64,000 bases of DNA from NCBI GenBank assembly GCA_963758525.1, contig CAVWVQ010000001.1:160001-224000 (forward strand). The letters are read 5' to 3'. The position numbers were made by a program, and so were the translations under genes. Numbering within the stretch: the stretch's first letter is position 1; each line of letters opens with the position of its first letter. Shown here in pieces: positions 1 through 11,128 of this stretch. Source of the stretch: an uncultured Phycisphaerales bacterium. GTDB taxonomy: Bacteria > Planctomycetota > Phycisphaerae > Tepidisphaerales > Tepidisphaeraceae. The notes beneath the pieces are model-generated. The model was given only the letters and a program-made list of their open reading frames with translations, was not told the DNA's origin and made no database searches.

Positions 1-462
1 GCCGTCGCCGAAGAGGGTGCCGTTGGGGACGACGACGCCGGCCCTTCCCGGCTTCGGCTGGCGGCGCAGCTTGCGCATGATGAGCTGCAGGAAGAGGAGC
101 GCGGTTTCGCTGGTCTGTTTGTCGGCGGGGAAATTGTTCTGGATGCCGCGTTCTTCCTCGCCGCCGAAGGGGGGATTGGTGAGGATGATGTCGACGCGGT
201 CCTTGTCGCCCAGCTCGGAGCTTCACGTCCAGGCTGTTGCCGGGGGAAATGCGCGGATAGTCCATCCCGTGCAGCAGCAGGTTCATCTGCGCCAGCAGGT
301 ACGGCAGCGACTTGGCTTCCCCGCCGAGAATGCTTTTTCTTTGCAGCGTCTCGCGGTCCTGGACAGTCTTGGCCTGTTTTTCCAGATGCGCGTACGACTC
401 GACCAGGAATCCGCCGGTGCCGCAGGCGGGATCGAGGAGCGTCTCGCCGAGGCGCGGGTTGG
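1..462 (-). pseudogene. hsdM: Type I R-M methyltransferase (HsdM) fragment, N-terminus missing, runs off window start
   Basis: Minus strand reads NPRLGETLLDPACGTGGFLV (motif I) ...LAQMNLLLHG... then, after a frameshift near 220, DIILTNPPFGG (motif IV) and AGVVVPNGTLFGDG. No N-terminal domain; the next gene abuts it directly. Confidence 0.85.
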
Positions 463-480
463 CGCAAACGGCGGTGAATG

Positions 481-1251
481 TCATACACCTCCTATTGCAT
501 ACCGGCCTCGCCCGAGAAAACGAAGCAACCTAGCGTCACGGAGTACTTGGAGCTGTTGTCGAATCTTATCACGTATATGCGAATTCCCGGGGTGTAGTGA
601 AGCCAATTCGCTCTCTTTCGAATAGACCTCGGACAAAGTAAATGTCTGCTTACCGAGAGACTCGACTGCGCGGAGGACGTCTAGCGTCCAGCCCCGGACC
701 GACGGGCGTAACGATGCGAGAGGTTTTGTGGCTTGGTAGATACGGCGTACGGCACCTGGGTCTTCCAGCTTTTCATTTGCGACTATCCGAATCTTTCCTT
801 CTCTCGCGATTTCGCTGAGCAGGATGTTACACCCGATCCACCCGACCCGTCGGGCCGTAGCGGCGAGAGGCTTGCGTCGCTCGACGGCGGATTCGGCAAA
901 AAAGAAATGCGGCACCAAAAGTAGGTTCCCCACCTTCCAGTCCGCCGTGTATTGCATCACTAGAAGGTTGGGCGTTTTGTCATCGCGAATTGCCTCAATC
1001 ATAGCTGCATAGCCCGCATCTGGGATGCGGCGCTCGTTCCATACCCGTGACGCCTTCAGCTGATACCGAGCGGTGCATACAGGGCATGTGAAGTCGGTAG
1101 CTTTTGCATTGCAGGGCGCCTGCACCACCGATGGACTCTCACATGCAGCGCAAAAGAGGTTGTTTGTTGCCCATGCTTCGGTAATGCATCGCGCACGCTG
1201 CGAATTGCTGAAATATCCATCGCCAAATGAGCGATCCATCTCCAGGAGCAT
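481..1251 (-). CDS. DpnI / Dam-replacing family modification-dependent restriction endonuclease
   Basis: SQRARCITEAW, CxxC...DFxCxxC...YQLK, DAGYAAM, ERRKPLAATARRVGWIGCNI, and C-terminal winged helix HPGNSHIRDKIRQQLQVLRD. Confidence 0.88.
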   Translation of the reverse strand: MLLEMDRSFGDGYFSNSQRARCITEAWATNNLFCAACESPSVVQAPCNAKATDFTCPVCTARYQLKASRVWNERRIPDAGYAAMIEAIRDDKTPNLLVMQYTADWKVGNLLLVPHFFFAESAVERRKPLAATARRVGWIGCNILLSEIAREGKIRIVANEKLEDPGAVRRIYQATKPLASLRPSVRGWTLDVLRAVESLGKQTFTLSEVYSKESELASLHPGNSHIRDKIRQQLQVLRDARLLRFLGRGRYAIGGV

Positions 1252-1286
1252 TTAGCCCTCAATCAGTCCGCAAGTTCAAACGCAGA

Positions 1287-1577
1287 TTACCGTATGACTT
1301 GGATTTCGATGAATGCATCAAAATCGGCGGTGTGTGCTAGATAAAAATTGCCGCCGATCTCTTCGATCTCGCCAGCAGATTTTGGATTCTGCATCTCCCA
1401 TCGCTTTGACTCTTGGAGCGACATTTTCTGACCATGAGTTGCCACAAGCCGGGTGTACGCAGTAACGGCGGCACCAACTTCCCGAGTGACGAGATCGACA
1501 TACGGAATTCCTCCGACGCTCGAATAGACAACCAAGACCTCGTCCGCCTCTGGGCTTCTTAGTTTTTTACAGTTCAT
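1287..1577 (-). CDS. Hypothetical protein
   Basis: 96-aa ORF with GGAGG RBS, lower GC like the neighbouring nuclease gene. Confidence 0.5.
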   Translation of the reverse strand: MNCKKLRSPEADEVLVVYSSVGGIPYVDLVTREVGAAVTAYTRLVATHGQKMSLQESKRWEMQNPKSAGEIEEIGGNFYLAHTADFDAFIEIQVIR

Positions 1578-1786
1578 GTTGTCCTCCGAATGCTCGGCGC
1601 TCGCGACCTATGACTACTAAACTGCCTCCCCTTGCATCGATTTGGCTGGGTGAATGTAGAACCCCTCGAGTGTGTCAGATAAATCCTGCAGGGCGTCGGG
1701 ATAGGCGGAAGACGCGATTAGAAGCCTGTGGCGGTGCTCCTCAACGACGTGGCGAGCAGAATGACGGGAGATAAATTTCGCCGGAC

Positions 1787-3037
1787 TCATACGTGTAGCT
1801 TATCCATACCCTCGGACGACACAAAGAGCCCTGCGCCGGAGCCCTTGCGCAATGAAATCAGTCGTTCGAAGTCTTTGGCCTGGTATTCGTCGTCGGGGAT
1901 CTCGCGGCCGTAGCGGTCGATGTCCCCGGCGGTCGGTCGCCAGCCGGCGGCGTCTACGCTGGTGATGATGCGGTGGACGCGATACGGGGCGAGAAAGCCG
2001 TCGTCGATTCCCTGGCGGAGGCTGTAGGTGTAGATCGAGTTGCCGAAGTATTGGTAGGTGTCGACGTTGTCCTGGCGCTTGGGCGTGGCAGTCATTCCGA
2101 TCTGAAAGGCCGGCTCGAAGTATTCGAGGATTTCCCGCCAGGAGCTTTCGTCGTTGGCTGAGCCACGGTGACATTCATTGATGATGATCAGGTCGAAGAA
2201 GTCGGCGGGATATTCCCTGTAGAGGCCGGGGCGATTGGCGTCCTTCGCGATCGCCTGATAGATCGCGAAGAACATCTCCCGGCCCCTGTTGATCTTCCCG
2301 TTCTCGATCTTGAAGCGGGCGTCGCCGAACGCGGCGAAGGTCTTGGCCATCGGATCGTCGACCAGGACGTTGCGGTCGGCCAGGAAGAGAATCTTCGGCT
2401 TGCGGTATTCGCCGGTACGGTTCCAGCGGGATTCCCAGAGCTTCCAGGCGATGTTGAACGCGACGACGGTTTTGCCTGTGCCCGTGGCCATCGTCAGCAG
2501 GATGCGCTTCTGCCCCTGCAACACGCACTGCACGGAGCGGTTGATCGCGATCTGCTGGTAGTAGCGGGGAACCTTGCCGCTCGTCTGGTTGTATGGCTCC
2601 AGCAGCGTCTTCTCGGCTTCGCTCTTGAGTCCCGCGCCGCGCGTATACCGGAGCCAAAGCTCCTGCGGCGAGGGGAACGCATCCAGCACCTTCTCTTTGC
2701 CGGTGAGGTAATCGAACTCGACGATCTGATGCCCGTTGGTCGAATAGGCGAACTTGAGGCCCAAGACCTCTGCGTAGGCTTTCGCCTGCTGGAGTCCTTC
2801 GCCAGCCGGTCGGTCTTCGGATTTGGCTTCGACCAGCGCGATCGTGAAATCGCGCGTGTATTGCAGGAGAAAGTCCGCCCGTTTCTTCTGCTTCCGGCGG
2901 ACTTTGGTGCCGATCAGAACGATGCGGCCATCGGTGAAGCAATGTTCCTGGGCGAAGGAGTGCGGAGCGTCGTCCCACCCCGCCGAGCGGAGTTGGGGGA
3001 CGATCAATCGAGTGGAGGTATCGGCTTCGGTCAGCAT
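1787..3037 (-). pseudogene. hsdR: Type I restriction subunit HsdR (EcoAI-like), C-terminally truncated
   Basis: EADT, ADFLL...VEAK nuclease motif, PRYYQ, MATGTGKT, IIINECHRG (Walker B D to N), GMTATP. Similarity ends after ERLISLR at about 400 aa. Confidence 0.85.
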
Positions 3038-3913
3038 CCAGCCCTTTTTGTCAGGGCGAGATCATATCGCGAGATTGCTATGCCTCATAGAGCCGGCGAT
3101 GGCCCTCCCTTGGTATGCCCGGAATCGAGGGAAGAAGCGCAATTTCCCCTCCGTTGGCAGAATCCGGGACGGCGCGAGTACGCTCTGTCCCGGCGTGACT
3201 GGCGAGGCGATGTCTCCGGCGACCACGCCGGGGCAGAGCTTTAGCGCCGCCCCGGATTCGGCCATGGGAGGAAGCAACTACGGCCTCTCTTCTGCACGCC
3301 GTTTGGGAAAGATAATGTGCCAAAACGTGCCATTTCGTGCCACTTTACGAGGTAAAGCGGAGGTCGGGGCTTTCTGATTGAAGTGCTTCTGATCTATCGG
3401 GGGTTTGTGGTAAGCGCGGACCGGATGGATCAATTCCCACGGATTGCAATCCGTTGGCTTTGGAGATTCAGAAGAGACATCGGGCTGCGGCTCAGCGCAG
3501 TGCAATTCCGGCGGACGGTCCGTCGGTTTTGGGAGATTCACAATCAAAGTGGATTGCCGTCTGCGGAATCGGTTAGGAACTGGTTGAACGGACAGTCCAT
3601 CATGGACAGCGGAGAGCGACCGGCGGGGATTCTCGCGGAAGTCGAGGAATGGTCCGCACGGCGGCTCGACGCTGTCATCGATTCGAGGCGTACCCAGGAG
3701 CCGCCGAGCGGACCCTACGGCTTTGGAACAGACGGAAGCGTTGTTAGCGGAGAAACCGGAGGCCAATCAATGTCGCACGGGGGCGAGCGAAAAGGATACC
3801 GTGATGCAATCACAACAGATCGGCGTGGACAGCCGCAGGTTCAGCACCACGGCGCACTCCATTGACGACGCACGCAGACCATGGCCGAGCGCATTGGAAT
3901 CAAAGAGCGAATG

Positions 3914-4036
3914 GCCACAAAAACACAAAAACACAAAAAGGGAAAGAGAGAGGCGACGCGCAACAGCAGAGAGTGAAACCGGAAGCTGCTTTCGTACCCA
4001 GCATCTCTTTTTTTGTGTCTTTTGCGTTTTTGTGGC
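3914..4036. repeat. Intergenic palindromic element (CACAAAAA repeats with inverted counterpart)
   Basis: gccacaaaaacacaaaaacacaaaa ... tttttgtgtcttttgcgtttttgtggc. Confidence 0.7.
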
Positions 4037-4337
4037 AATCACTCTTTGGGCTGGCGCGGCTGGAGACCGGCGGAGGAGGCGCATGGTACACAGCAATCGC
4101 GCGGGGAAAACCCGTTTTCAGCGAACGGCGCGCAACTGTCGCGCGCGGTGTCGCGCCAGCCTGGAGAGCATCCCGCGGAAGGAAAAGGAGTTGCGCGGCG
4201 GATGCGACATGCGGCGCTGCAAAATCTGTCGCGCGGTGTCGCATGAGCGGGGAGAAGGGTTTTTTGTCGGATGCGGACCGTCATCGGCGCGGCGCACTGT
4301 GCCGCGCTGCAACGCTCCGGACAGGCTTCGGGAGGCA

Positions 4338-5750
4338 TTAGATATCGAAATACATGCAGAACTCGTACGGATGCGGCCGCACGCGGATCGCGTCAACCTC
4401 GTTCTCTCGCTTGTACTTGATCCAGTAGTGAATCACATCAGCCGTGAATACGTCCCCATTGAGCAGAAAATCGTGATCGTTTTCCAATTCATTGAGCGCT
4501 TCGTCGAGCGCACCGGGCGCGGATCTGATCTTGGCCGATTCTTCCGGGGTGAGATGGTACATGTTTTTGTCGAGCGGGTCGCCGGGATGAAGCTTGTTTT
4601 GAATTCCGTCGATTGCCGCCATCAGCATGGCACTGAACGCGAGGTAGGGGTTGCAACTGCTGTCGGGGCAGCGGAATTCAATGCGCTTGGCTTTGGGCTT
4701 TTCGCTGTACATCGGAATGCGCACGGCGGCCGATCGATTTCGGCTGCTGTAGACGAGATTCACGGGCGCTTCATACCCCGGCACCAGCCGCTTGTAGCTA
4801 TTGGTTGTGGGATTGCACAACGCGCACAGCGCGCGGGCATGGCGGAGAATTCCGCCGATCGCGTAAAGGCCAATATCGCTCAGCCCGGCATATTTGTTTC
4901 CGGCGAACAGCGGCTTGGCGCCCTTCCAGAGCGAAAAATGCACGTGCATTCCCGAGCCGTTGTCCTGGAACAGGGGCTTGGGCATGAATGTGACAACCTT
5001 GCCGTGACGGGCGGCAACGTTCTTGCAAACGTACTTGTAGTTCATCACGTTGTCAGCCATGGTCAGCAGATCCTGAAATCGCATGTCGATTTCGCACTGC
5101 CCTCCGGTGGCTACTTCGTGATGGTGCATCTCCACGGGAATTCCCAGGTTCACCAGCTCCGCGACCATTTCGCTGCGAATATTCTGCATCGAATCCATCG
5201 GCGGCGTTGGAAAATATCCCTCCTTCAAGCGAATCTTGTAGCCCAGGTTCAGCGGATCCTCATCGCCCCGGCCCCAGACGCCCTCGCGCGAGCCGACGTA
5301 ATATTTCGCAAAATTAATTCCCTGGTCGTAGAACGCCTGATCGAAGATGAAGAATTCCAGCTCCGGCCCGAAGAACGCCGTATCGGCGATTTTTGTCTTC
5401 TTCAGAAATTCCACCGCTTTGCGAGCGATCGAACGCGGGTCGCGGGAATATTCCTTTTTGGTGATCGGATCGCGGACGTCGCAGATCATCGACAGCGTCA
5501 CGTGCTGCATGAAAGGATCGATCTTCGCGGTGTCGGCAACGGGGAGCAGCAGCATGTCGGATTCGTTGATCGCCTGCCAGCCGCGGATGGAGCTTCCGTC
5601 AAAACCGAATCCATCGGAAAAGCTGTCGAGGGTGAGTTCACTGATCGGCGAGGTGGTGTGCTGCCACAGGCCGGGAAAGTCCATAAAGCGAAGATCGATG
5701 AACTCCACGTTCTTCTGCTGACAGAGCTTCAGTACGTCGCGAGGGGTCAT
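4338..5750 (-). CDS. glnA: Glutamine synthetase type I
   Basis: [55 protein letters not shown]. Confidence 0.98.
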   Translation of the reverse strand: MTPRDVLKLCQQKNVEFIDLRFMDFPGLWQHTTSPISELTLDSFSDGFGFDGSSIRGWQAINESDMLLLPVADTAKIDPFMQHVTLSMICDVRDPITKKEYSRDPRSIARKAVEFLKKTKIADTAFFGPELEFFIFDQAFYDQGINFAKYYVGSREGVWGRGDEDPLNLGYKIRLKEGYFPTPPMDSMQNIRSEMVAELVNLGIPVEMHHHEVATGGQCEIDMRFQDLLTMADNVMNYKYVCKNVAARHGKVVTFMPKPLFQDNGSGMHVHFSLWKGAKPLFAGNKYAGLSDIGLYAIGGILRHARALCALCNPTTNSYKRLVPGYEAPVNLVYSSRNRSAAVRIPMYSEKPKAKRIEFRCPDSSCNPYLAFSAMLMAAIDGIQNKLHPGDPLDKNMYHLTPEESAKIRSAPGALDEALNELENDHDFLLNGDVFTADVIHYWIKYKRENEVDAIRVRPHPYEFCMYFDI

Positions 5751-5808
5751 GGTCGCATGCTATCCCGCGGGCTTCCGAAATCCAACCGCCGCCCCTATCC
5801 TGCTGGCG

Positions 5809-6201
5809 ATGCCGATCGTTGGACATGGGATAGACATCGTGGAAACCTCGCGCATTCGCCGGATGGTGGAGGAGCATGGGCATCATTTTCTCGACCGCGT
5901 CTACACGCCGTTGGAGCAGGCGTACTGCGCCCGCAACCCCAAACGGTATTTCGAGCACCTCGCCGGCAGGTTCGCCGCGAAAGAGGCGGTGCTGAAAGTG
6001 CTCGGCACGGGCTGGCGCGGCGGAATTGCCTGGACCGATGTGGAGGTGCAATCGCAACCTTCCGGCCAGCCGACGATCCACCTGACCGGCGAATCGTTGC
6101 GGATTGCGACTCAACAAGGGATCGTGCGCTGGCACATCAGCATCAGTCATATCGAGACTCACGCGACGGCCAGCGCCATCGGGCTGCTACATCGCGCGTG
6201 A
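5809..6201 (+). CDS. acpS: Holo-ACP synthase
   Basis: GHGIDIVE, LAGRFAAKEA, HISISH. Confidence 0.96.
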   Translation: MPIVGHGIDIVETSRIRRMVEEHGHHFLDRVYTPLEQAYCARNPKRYFEHLAGRFAAKEAVLKVLGTGWRGGIAWTDVEVQSQPSGQPTIHLTGESLRIATQQGIVRWHISISHIETHATASAIGLLHRA

Positions 6202-6335
6202 AGACGCCAGGTCCCGTAGGGGACGGCCCGATGACAGATCGGTGTCAGCCGCTGCAACAGCGGCTGGCGAGTAAAGCTTCGAGAGCTTGCTGCGGGCACA
6301 CAATAATTCTGTTACGTTGCCCGTTCTCAATCCTT

Positions 6336-7415
6336 ATGAACAGCCGTTCGCTCGCGACTTCATTTCTCTTATTGCTGTGCATCTCAGTTGTGAGTGCAGA
6401 GCAGCGATCGTATGCCGGGTCAGTCACTCGCGATTGGACGCAGTATCCCGCGATAGTGTCCATCCCTGCACCCAAGCACCTCTATGCGCTGGGCGACGTT
6501 CACGGTGACTACGACCGACTGGTCCAGCTTCTGGCGGCAGGAAAGATTATCGATGGAGTTCCCGCGTCCCCGGCAGCGGTTCATTGGTCGGCCGGCCATG
6601 CGGTTCTCGTATGCACCGGCGATCTGATCGACAAATATGACCACGGCATCGAAGTCATCGCAGTGATGAGGTCGTTGCAGCAGCAGGCTGCCGCGGAGGG
6701 CGGAGAGGTCATCGTTACGCTCGGCAATCACGAAGCCGAATTTCTCGCTGCGCGAGGCGACGACAAGAAGTCAGCGGAGTTTGCCGGCGAACTCAAACGG
6801 GCTGGCGTCTCGCCGGCAGACGTGGCGCTCGGACGTGATCCGGGCGGCATCGGCGCATGGCTGCGGAATCTCCCGGCGGGCGCCAAAGTGGGCGACTGGT
6901 TCTTCTGCCACGCGGGCGACACCGGAGGAAGAACGCTGGCCGATTTGGAAAGCGAAATTCAACAGCAGGTGACCGCGCAGGGGTGGAGCGCGCCGATCCT
7001 GGCCGATTCCAGCTCCATGCTCGAAGCACGAATGCATCCGCGCCCATGGTGGGACTCCGAGGAGCCGAAGCTCAAGGATATCGCCAAGCCGGAGAAAGCG
7101 AAAAAGGGCAAAAAGGAAGTACACGAGACCGGCGATGCCTCGGAAGAACATCGCTTGACGAGCTTCGTCGAAGCGCTTGCGCGCGTCACCTGGTCTTTGG
7201 CCATCAGCCTGGCAGAGTTAGATTTCTCGACGGCACGGAGCGGGCCGAGGGGCAGATGTACAGCAAGTACGACGGTCTGGTGTTCATGATCGACACCGGG
7301 ATGAGCCGGGGGGTCCAGAGCGGGCGCGGCGCTGCTGCAGATCGAGCCAATCAGCAAACATCCATCAGCAACGGCGCTGTACTCCGACGGGGCCACCGCA
7401 TTGCTCTGGCCGTGA
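6336..7415 (+). CDS. Secreted calcineurin-like metallophosphoesterase (frameshifts near 7180 and 7330)
   Basis: Signal peptide, GDVHGD, TGDLIDK, LGNHE, FCHAG, then VFGHQP and IDTGMS in shifted frames. Confidence 0.85.
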
Positions 7416-7433
7416 GCAACAACGTGCATCGCT

Positions 7434-8152
7434 TCATCGCTGAGCGCCCAATTCGCGAACGGCGTTCCTGAGCCGTTCGGCGACGGTTTCCCAGCCGACT
7501 CGGTCGTTGGATACGTCGGCAAATCGCAGAGCGTTGCCGATGCGAAGTCGAATTTTGACAGGTCGCGGCAGCCGTCGATCTGGCGGAAGAGCCTCGAAGG
7601 TTCCATCCAGATGGCATGGGACGACCGGCACGTTGCTGGCGGCGAGCAACCCGCCCACTCCCGCCTTGAATGCACCCAGGGAGCCATCCCGGCTGCGCGT
7701 CCCCTCCGGGAAGAGAATAAAGACGCATTCCTCATCGCCGAGGCGTTGGCGGAGTTCGTCCAGCGCGTGGCGTCCCGCGCTGCGCCGCCAGACCGGCAGC
7801 GCATTGAGTGCGGCCGCGGCAAACGCCGACGAAAAAGGGGTTTTGAAAAAAGTGTCGCCGGCCGCGATGGGAAAGACGTGATCCCGCATCGAGCGCGACA
7901 ACTGCGACGCGAGCACCAGGGCATCGAGGTGGCTGCTGTGATTGGCGACCACGACAAACGAGCCAGTCGTCGGAAGCCGCTCGCGGCCGATGACGATCAG
8001 ACGATGTGCCGTCCGAAGATAGGTCCGCACGAGCATCCACCACAGTCGCTGGGTGGCCGTTTCGACCAGCCCGCTCTCGCGCCGCGGGCTTTTGAGCGCA
8101 CCGACGCCGTGAGCCCATGATCGCGCGCGGGTTGGAGTTTCCAGGGGTCCAT
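7434..8152 (-). CDS. 1-acyl-sn-glycerol-3-phosphate acyltransferase family (frameshift near 8095)
   Basis: ANHSSHLD, FPEGTRS. Confidence 0.9.
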
Positions 8153-8186
8153 GTGCGGTGTGCGTTACCAGGTTGTCGCACTCCCT

Positions 8187-8270
8187 CAGGGTTCAGGGTG
8201 TCAGGGTTCAGGGTTCAGAAGAGATTCGAGCTGCTGATTCCTGAACCCTGAAACCCTGAACCCTGAACCC
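8187..8270. repeat. Heptamer tandem repeat with inverted arm, (CAGGGTT)n ... (AACCCTG)n
   Basis: Read directly, intergenic. Confidence 0.8.
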
Positions 8271-8296
8271 CCAACCGAAGGGTTCCAAAACGGCCT

Positions 8297-9305
8297 CTAA
8301 CCGCCGGTGATAATGCGCTGGTCTCCGGCTACGCCAAGGATGCCGTAGTATCCGACAAAATGAAACACCGCGGGGGCGACGAGGATCAGGCTGTCGAAGC
8401 GGTCGAGCAGTCCGCCATGGCCCGGGAAGAGAACGCCCATGTCCTTAATATCAAGATCGCGCTTGATCGACGAAATCAACAGGTCGCCAAGCTGGCCGAG
8501 GATGCTGATGATCAGCCCGAGTGCGACGAGGCGATACCAGTGGTCGATGACGGTGTTGCGAAAAACATAGTGCGCGATGAAAGCCGCGAGTCCCGTCGTA
8601 AGCACCACCGCCCCGATCGCGCCACCCAGTGTTTTGTTGGGGCTGGTGTGGGGTGCGAGCTTGCGATTGCCGAAACGTTTCCCGCTGACATAGGCGAAGA
8701 CGTCATTGAGTTCGACGGTCATCACGATCCAAAACAGGATCGGGCGATAGCGCGCGTTATTGGCAAAGTAGCCCAGATGCCCGAAGCAGGAGCCGAACAG
8801 CGCGAACGCCAGCACCCCCAGCGCCACCCGCTGGATATAGCCTTTAGGCCGATCGCTCAGAATCGCGACCCCGGCAATTGCGCCGACGGTGAGCGGCCAG
8901 AGCGCCACGAAGAATGCGTACCAGTTGTCCAGTACCGAGAACGTGACTGCGAAAATCCCGAGTGCGACGATCAAGCTGACCGCCCGTTCGCGAAACAATC
9001 CCGTGGCCCGCGCGAACTCTCGATAGCACATCATGCTGAGAATGCCGACCCCGATGATCGTCCAGAACGCCCCCAGAAGAACCGGCACGATCATCAACGG
9101 CGCCAGCACGAGCCAGGACGTATACGCGCTGCCATAAGTCGTTCGTGAGCTTTTCTGAGAGTTTGTTTCTCCGCTGCAGGAATCGAATGACCACCGGCGC
9201 GGCGAGCAGCGCTGTGACTGCCGCGAGTGTCAGCGTCACCGTGAGCGGATCGTCGAACGCAGATTTCCAGCCGAAGAGGCGGTCGAGGGCGGCATGACTC
9301 AGCAC
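8297..9305 (-). CDS. Phosphatidate cytidylyltransferase family (frameshift near 9125)
   Basis: ELNDVFAY, SPNKTLGG, GDLLISSIKRDLDIKDMG..PGHGGLLDRFDS. Confidence 0.92.
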
Positions 9306-9318
9306 GATCGCATTCTGG

Positions 9319-9736
9319 CTATTTGTTCGCTCGCGGAAAGCCTCTGTCCCCAGTTCGCACTTCGAAACCGAGCCGCTGCGCAATTGCGCGGATCAGGCAG
9401 TCGCTCATCTGCCGTCGGCGCCCATCCGGTGGAAACGCGCTCGGCGATCTGCCGTGCCAGCTGCCAGTCGGTGATGCTGATTGCTCCCTTGTCGACGAGT
9501 TCGAACCGGCTCAAGAACGACTTTGCCAGTTTGAGTTTCGCGCTGTCGGTCTGACCGCATAGATATTCGATGTAAACGGGCGTGACGATCGCTCCGGCAT
9601 CCTCGATCTCAATCAATTCATCTGCCCAATTCTCTGCATGCTTTGTTGATACCGTGCGGGACCCGTCGCGAAAGCGGGAATAGCACCGCGTCCAATGATT
9701 GATCAGGAGATTGGTATCCAGAATCCGCCGCCGCAC
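9319..9736 (-). CDS. PIN-domain (VapC-like) ribonuclease (extra base near 9432)
   Basis: ILDTNLLI, VYIEYLCG; removing one base gives MSDCLIRAIAQRLGFEVRTGDRGF. Confidence 0.8.
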
Positions 9737-9738
9737 GC

Positions 9739-10185
9739 TCAGCCCACTTCCGCGAGGCTTGAAAGCTGATGCAGGTGTCTATTCCAGTTCTTTGCAAGAT
9801 CTTTCAAAATTCCTCCGAGTTCGCGAGCATCGACCTGTCGAACCGCGCTGCAAACAATTGAAATCTTCCTGGCCGCACCGATCTTGCTCTCGTAGCGATA
9901 CGGCCAATCTCCGGGGTCGATACCCGCTGGTATTTGTTGCGCTGCAGCCAGCAGAGCGGCTTTAATTTGCGGAGCATGTTCGGCGAGCCACTGTCTGGCG
10001 CCGTCCCCTCCTGACGGCAGAACCATGCCGCTGCAACGGACATCGACATACCACCGAATGGCAGGATCCGGCTCGTCGCCGCTGCCGGCATTGAACCGAG
10101 TCAGAACCGAATTTCCGTTGACGTCGACCCCGCTTCGAACGCCGGAATCCTGCCGCGTCTGGATGAAGAAAGTAATGGTAGCCAT
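9739..10185 (-). CDS. Hypothetical protein directly upstream of the PIN gene (possible antitoxin partner)
   Basis: 148-aa ORF, 2 bp from the PIN start codon. Confidence 0.65.
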   Translation of the reverse strand: MATITFFIQTRQDSGVRSGVDVNGNSVLTRFNAGSGDEPDPAIRWYVDVRCSGMVLPSGGDGARQWLAEHAPQIKAALLAAAQQIPAGIDPGDWPYRYESKIGAARKISIVCSAVRQVDARELGGILKDLAKNWNRHLHQLSSLAEVG

Positions 10186-10192
10186 GTCTTGG

Positions 10193-10801
10193 TCAATCCT
10201 TTTGCTTGTTCGCACCCAGCTCCTTGGCGATCTCGCTTTCCAGTTCGTCGAGTTTGCCAAGCTCCTGCTTTTCGGCCGCCAGTACGTCCGCCTGGATCAT
10301 CCGGTCGATCTCGTCGTCGCTGACCAATTCCTCCTTGGTCGAGCCGGCAGATCCGGCGATGGCGGTCTGCTCCATCGAGTCGAGAAAGAGGTCCATGCGC
10401 TCTTCCATGCTCCCGGCCTGGGAGACGGCGCGTTCCCACTGCGCCTGTGTCTGCGTAAGGTCCATCTCGCCAAAAACGCGACCGATCTCGCGGGCCATGA
10501 GGTTCATCGACTCGGCGAACTGCTGACTCGCCTGCGCCTGTTGTTGAATCAGCATCGCGTTCCTGATGGCGAGCAACTGCCGTTCGAGCATTTTCTTAAC
10601 GACGGCGGTCTTCTTCAGCGCCCCGCGGATAAACTGATACTGATTCTCATCGCCGATCTTCTTGGCATGCTGCGCGTTCTTGATGAAGTCGTCGGCGAAC
10701 TTCTCCTGCTGGCGGATCGATTTCTCAATGGAGCGCATGCCCGAGCGAATCCGCATCTCCCGTTCCACCCGGCGTTCGTCTTTGTTTTTGAAGAGGCCCA
10801 T
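10193..10801 (-). CDS. ESCRT-III / Snf7-like helical protein
   Basis: MGLF start, basic N-terminal hairpin, AKKIGD turn, acidic C-terminal half with DDEIDRMIQ; about 200 aa. Family call is pattern recognition only. Confidence 0.6.
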   Translation of the reverse strand: MGLFKNKDERRVEREMRIRSGMRSIEKSIRQQEKFADDFIKNAQHAKKIGDENQYQFIRGALKKTAVVKKMLERQLLAIRNAMLIQQQAQASQQFAESMNLMAREIGRVFGEMDLTQTQAQWERAVSQAGSMEERMDLFLDSMEQTAIAGSAGSTKEELVSDDEIDRMIQADVLAAEKQELGKLDELESEIAKELGANKQKD

Positions 10802-10865
10802 ATGCGGAGAATGTACCTGATTCCGGCCTCCTTCCGTAGCGGAAATCATGGTAAGCGGGCCATCG

Positions 10866-11008
10866 GGGTGTGGCGCTCGAAAGTGGCGATCGGCTCCGAG
10901 TAGGGCGGGATTCATCCCGCCGATTTGTTGACCGGCTGAGAAAACGGCGGGATGAATCCCGCCCTACGATCGCAAAATCTGCAATCGCCACAAATAAAAG
11001 TTACACCC
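10866..11008. mobile_element. 143-bp MITE with REP-like core, copy 1
   Basis: GGGTGT...ACACCC ends; flanks ggccatcg / agccatcg (7 of 8 duplicated). Confidence 0.85.
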
Positions 11009-11066
11009 AGCCATCGTCTGGTTTTCGAAAACGAAAATGAGAAAGCGATCGGTTCTGCGGCCATTC

Positions 11067-11099
11067 AAAAAAAGACGGTCGCCTGATGGGCGACCGTCT
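11067..11099 (-). terminator. Rho-independent terminator
   Basis: AGACGGTCGCC-catca-GGCGACCGTCT followed by a T run on the minus strand, 30 bp after the stop at 11129. Confidence 0.85.
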
Positions 11100-11128
11100 G
11101 ATGGCGAAATTGCTGGCTGCTTTTAGAA

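Noticed and set aside
3383..3865. Possible 160-aa gene between hsdR and glnA
   Set aside because: No recognisable motif or RBS; cannot be supported.
3723..7289. 1188-aa ORF
   Set aside because: Mostly the antisense shadow of glnA plus another frame of acpS; only the part from 6336 is a real phosphoesterase.
10801..10915. Shared N-terminal peptide MNPALLGADRHFRAPHP on ORFs 10193-10915 and 27507-28865
   Set aside because: Artefact of reading through the MITE; the true starts are downstream.
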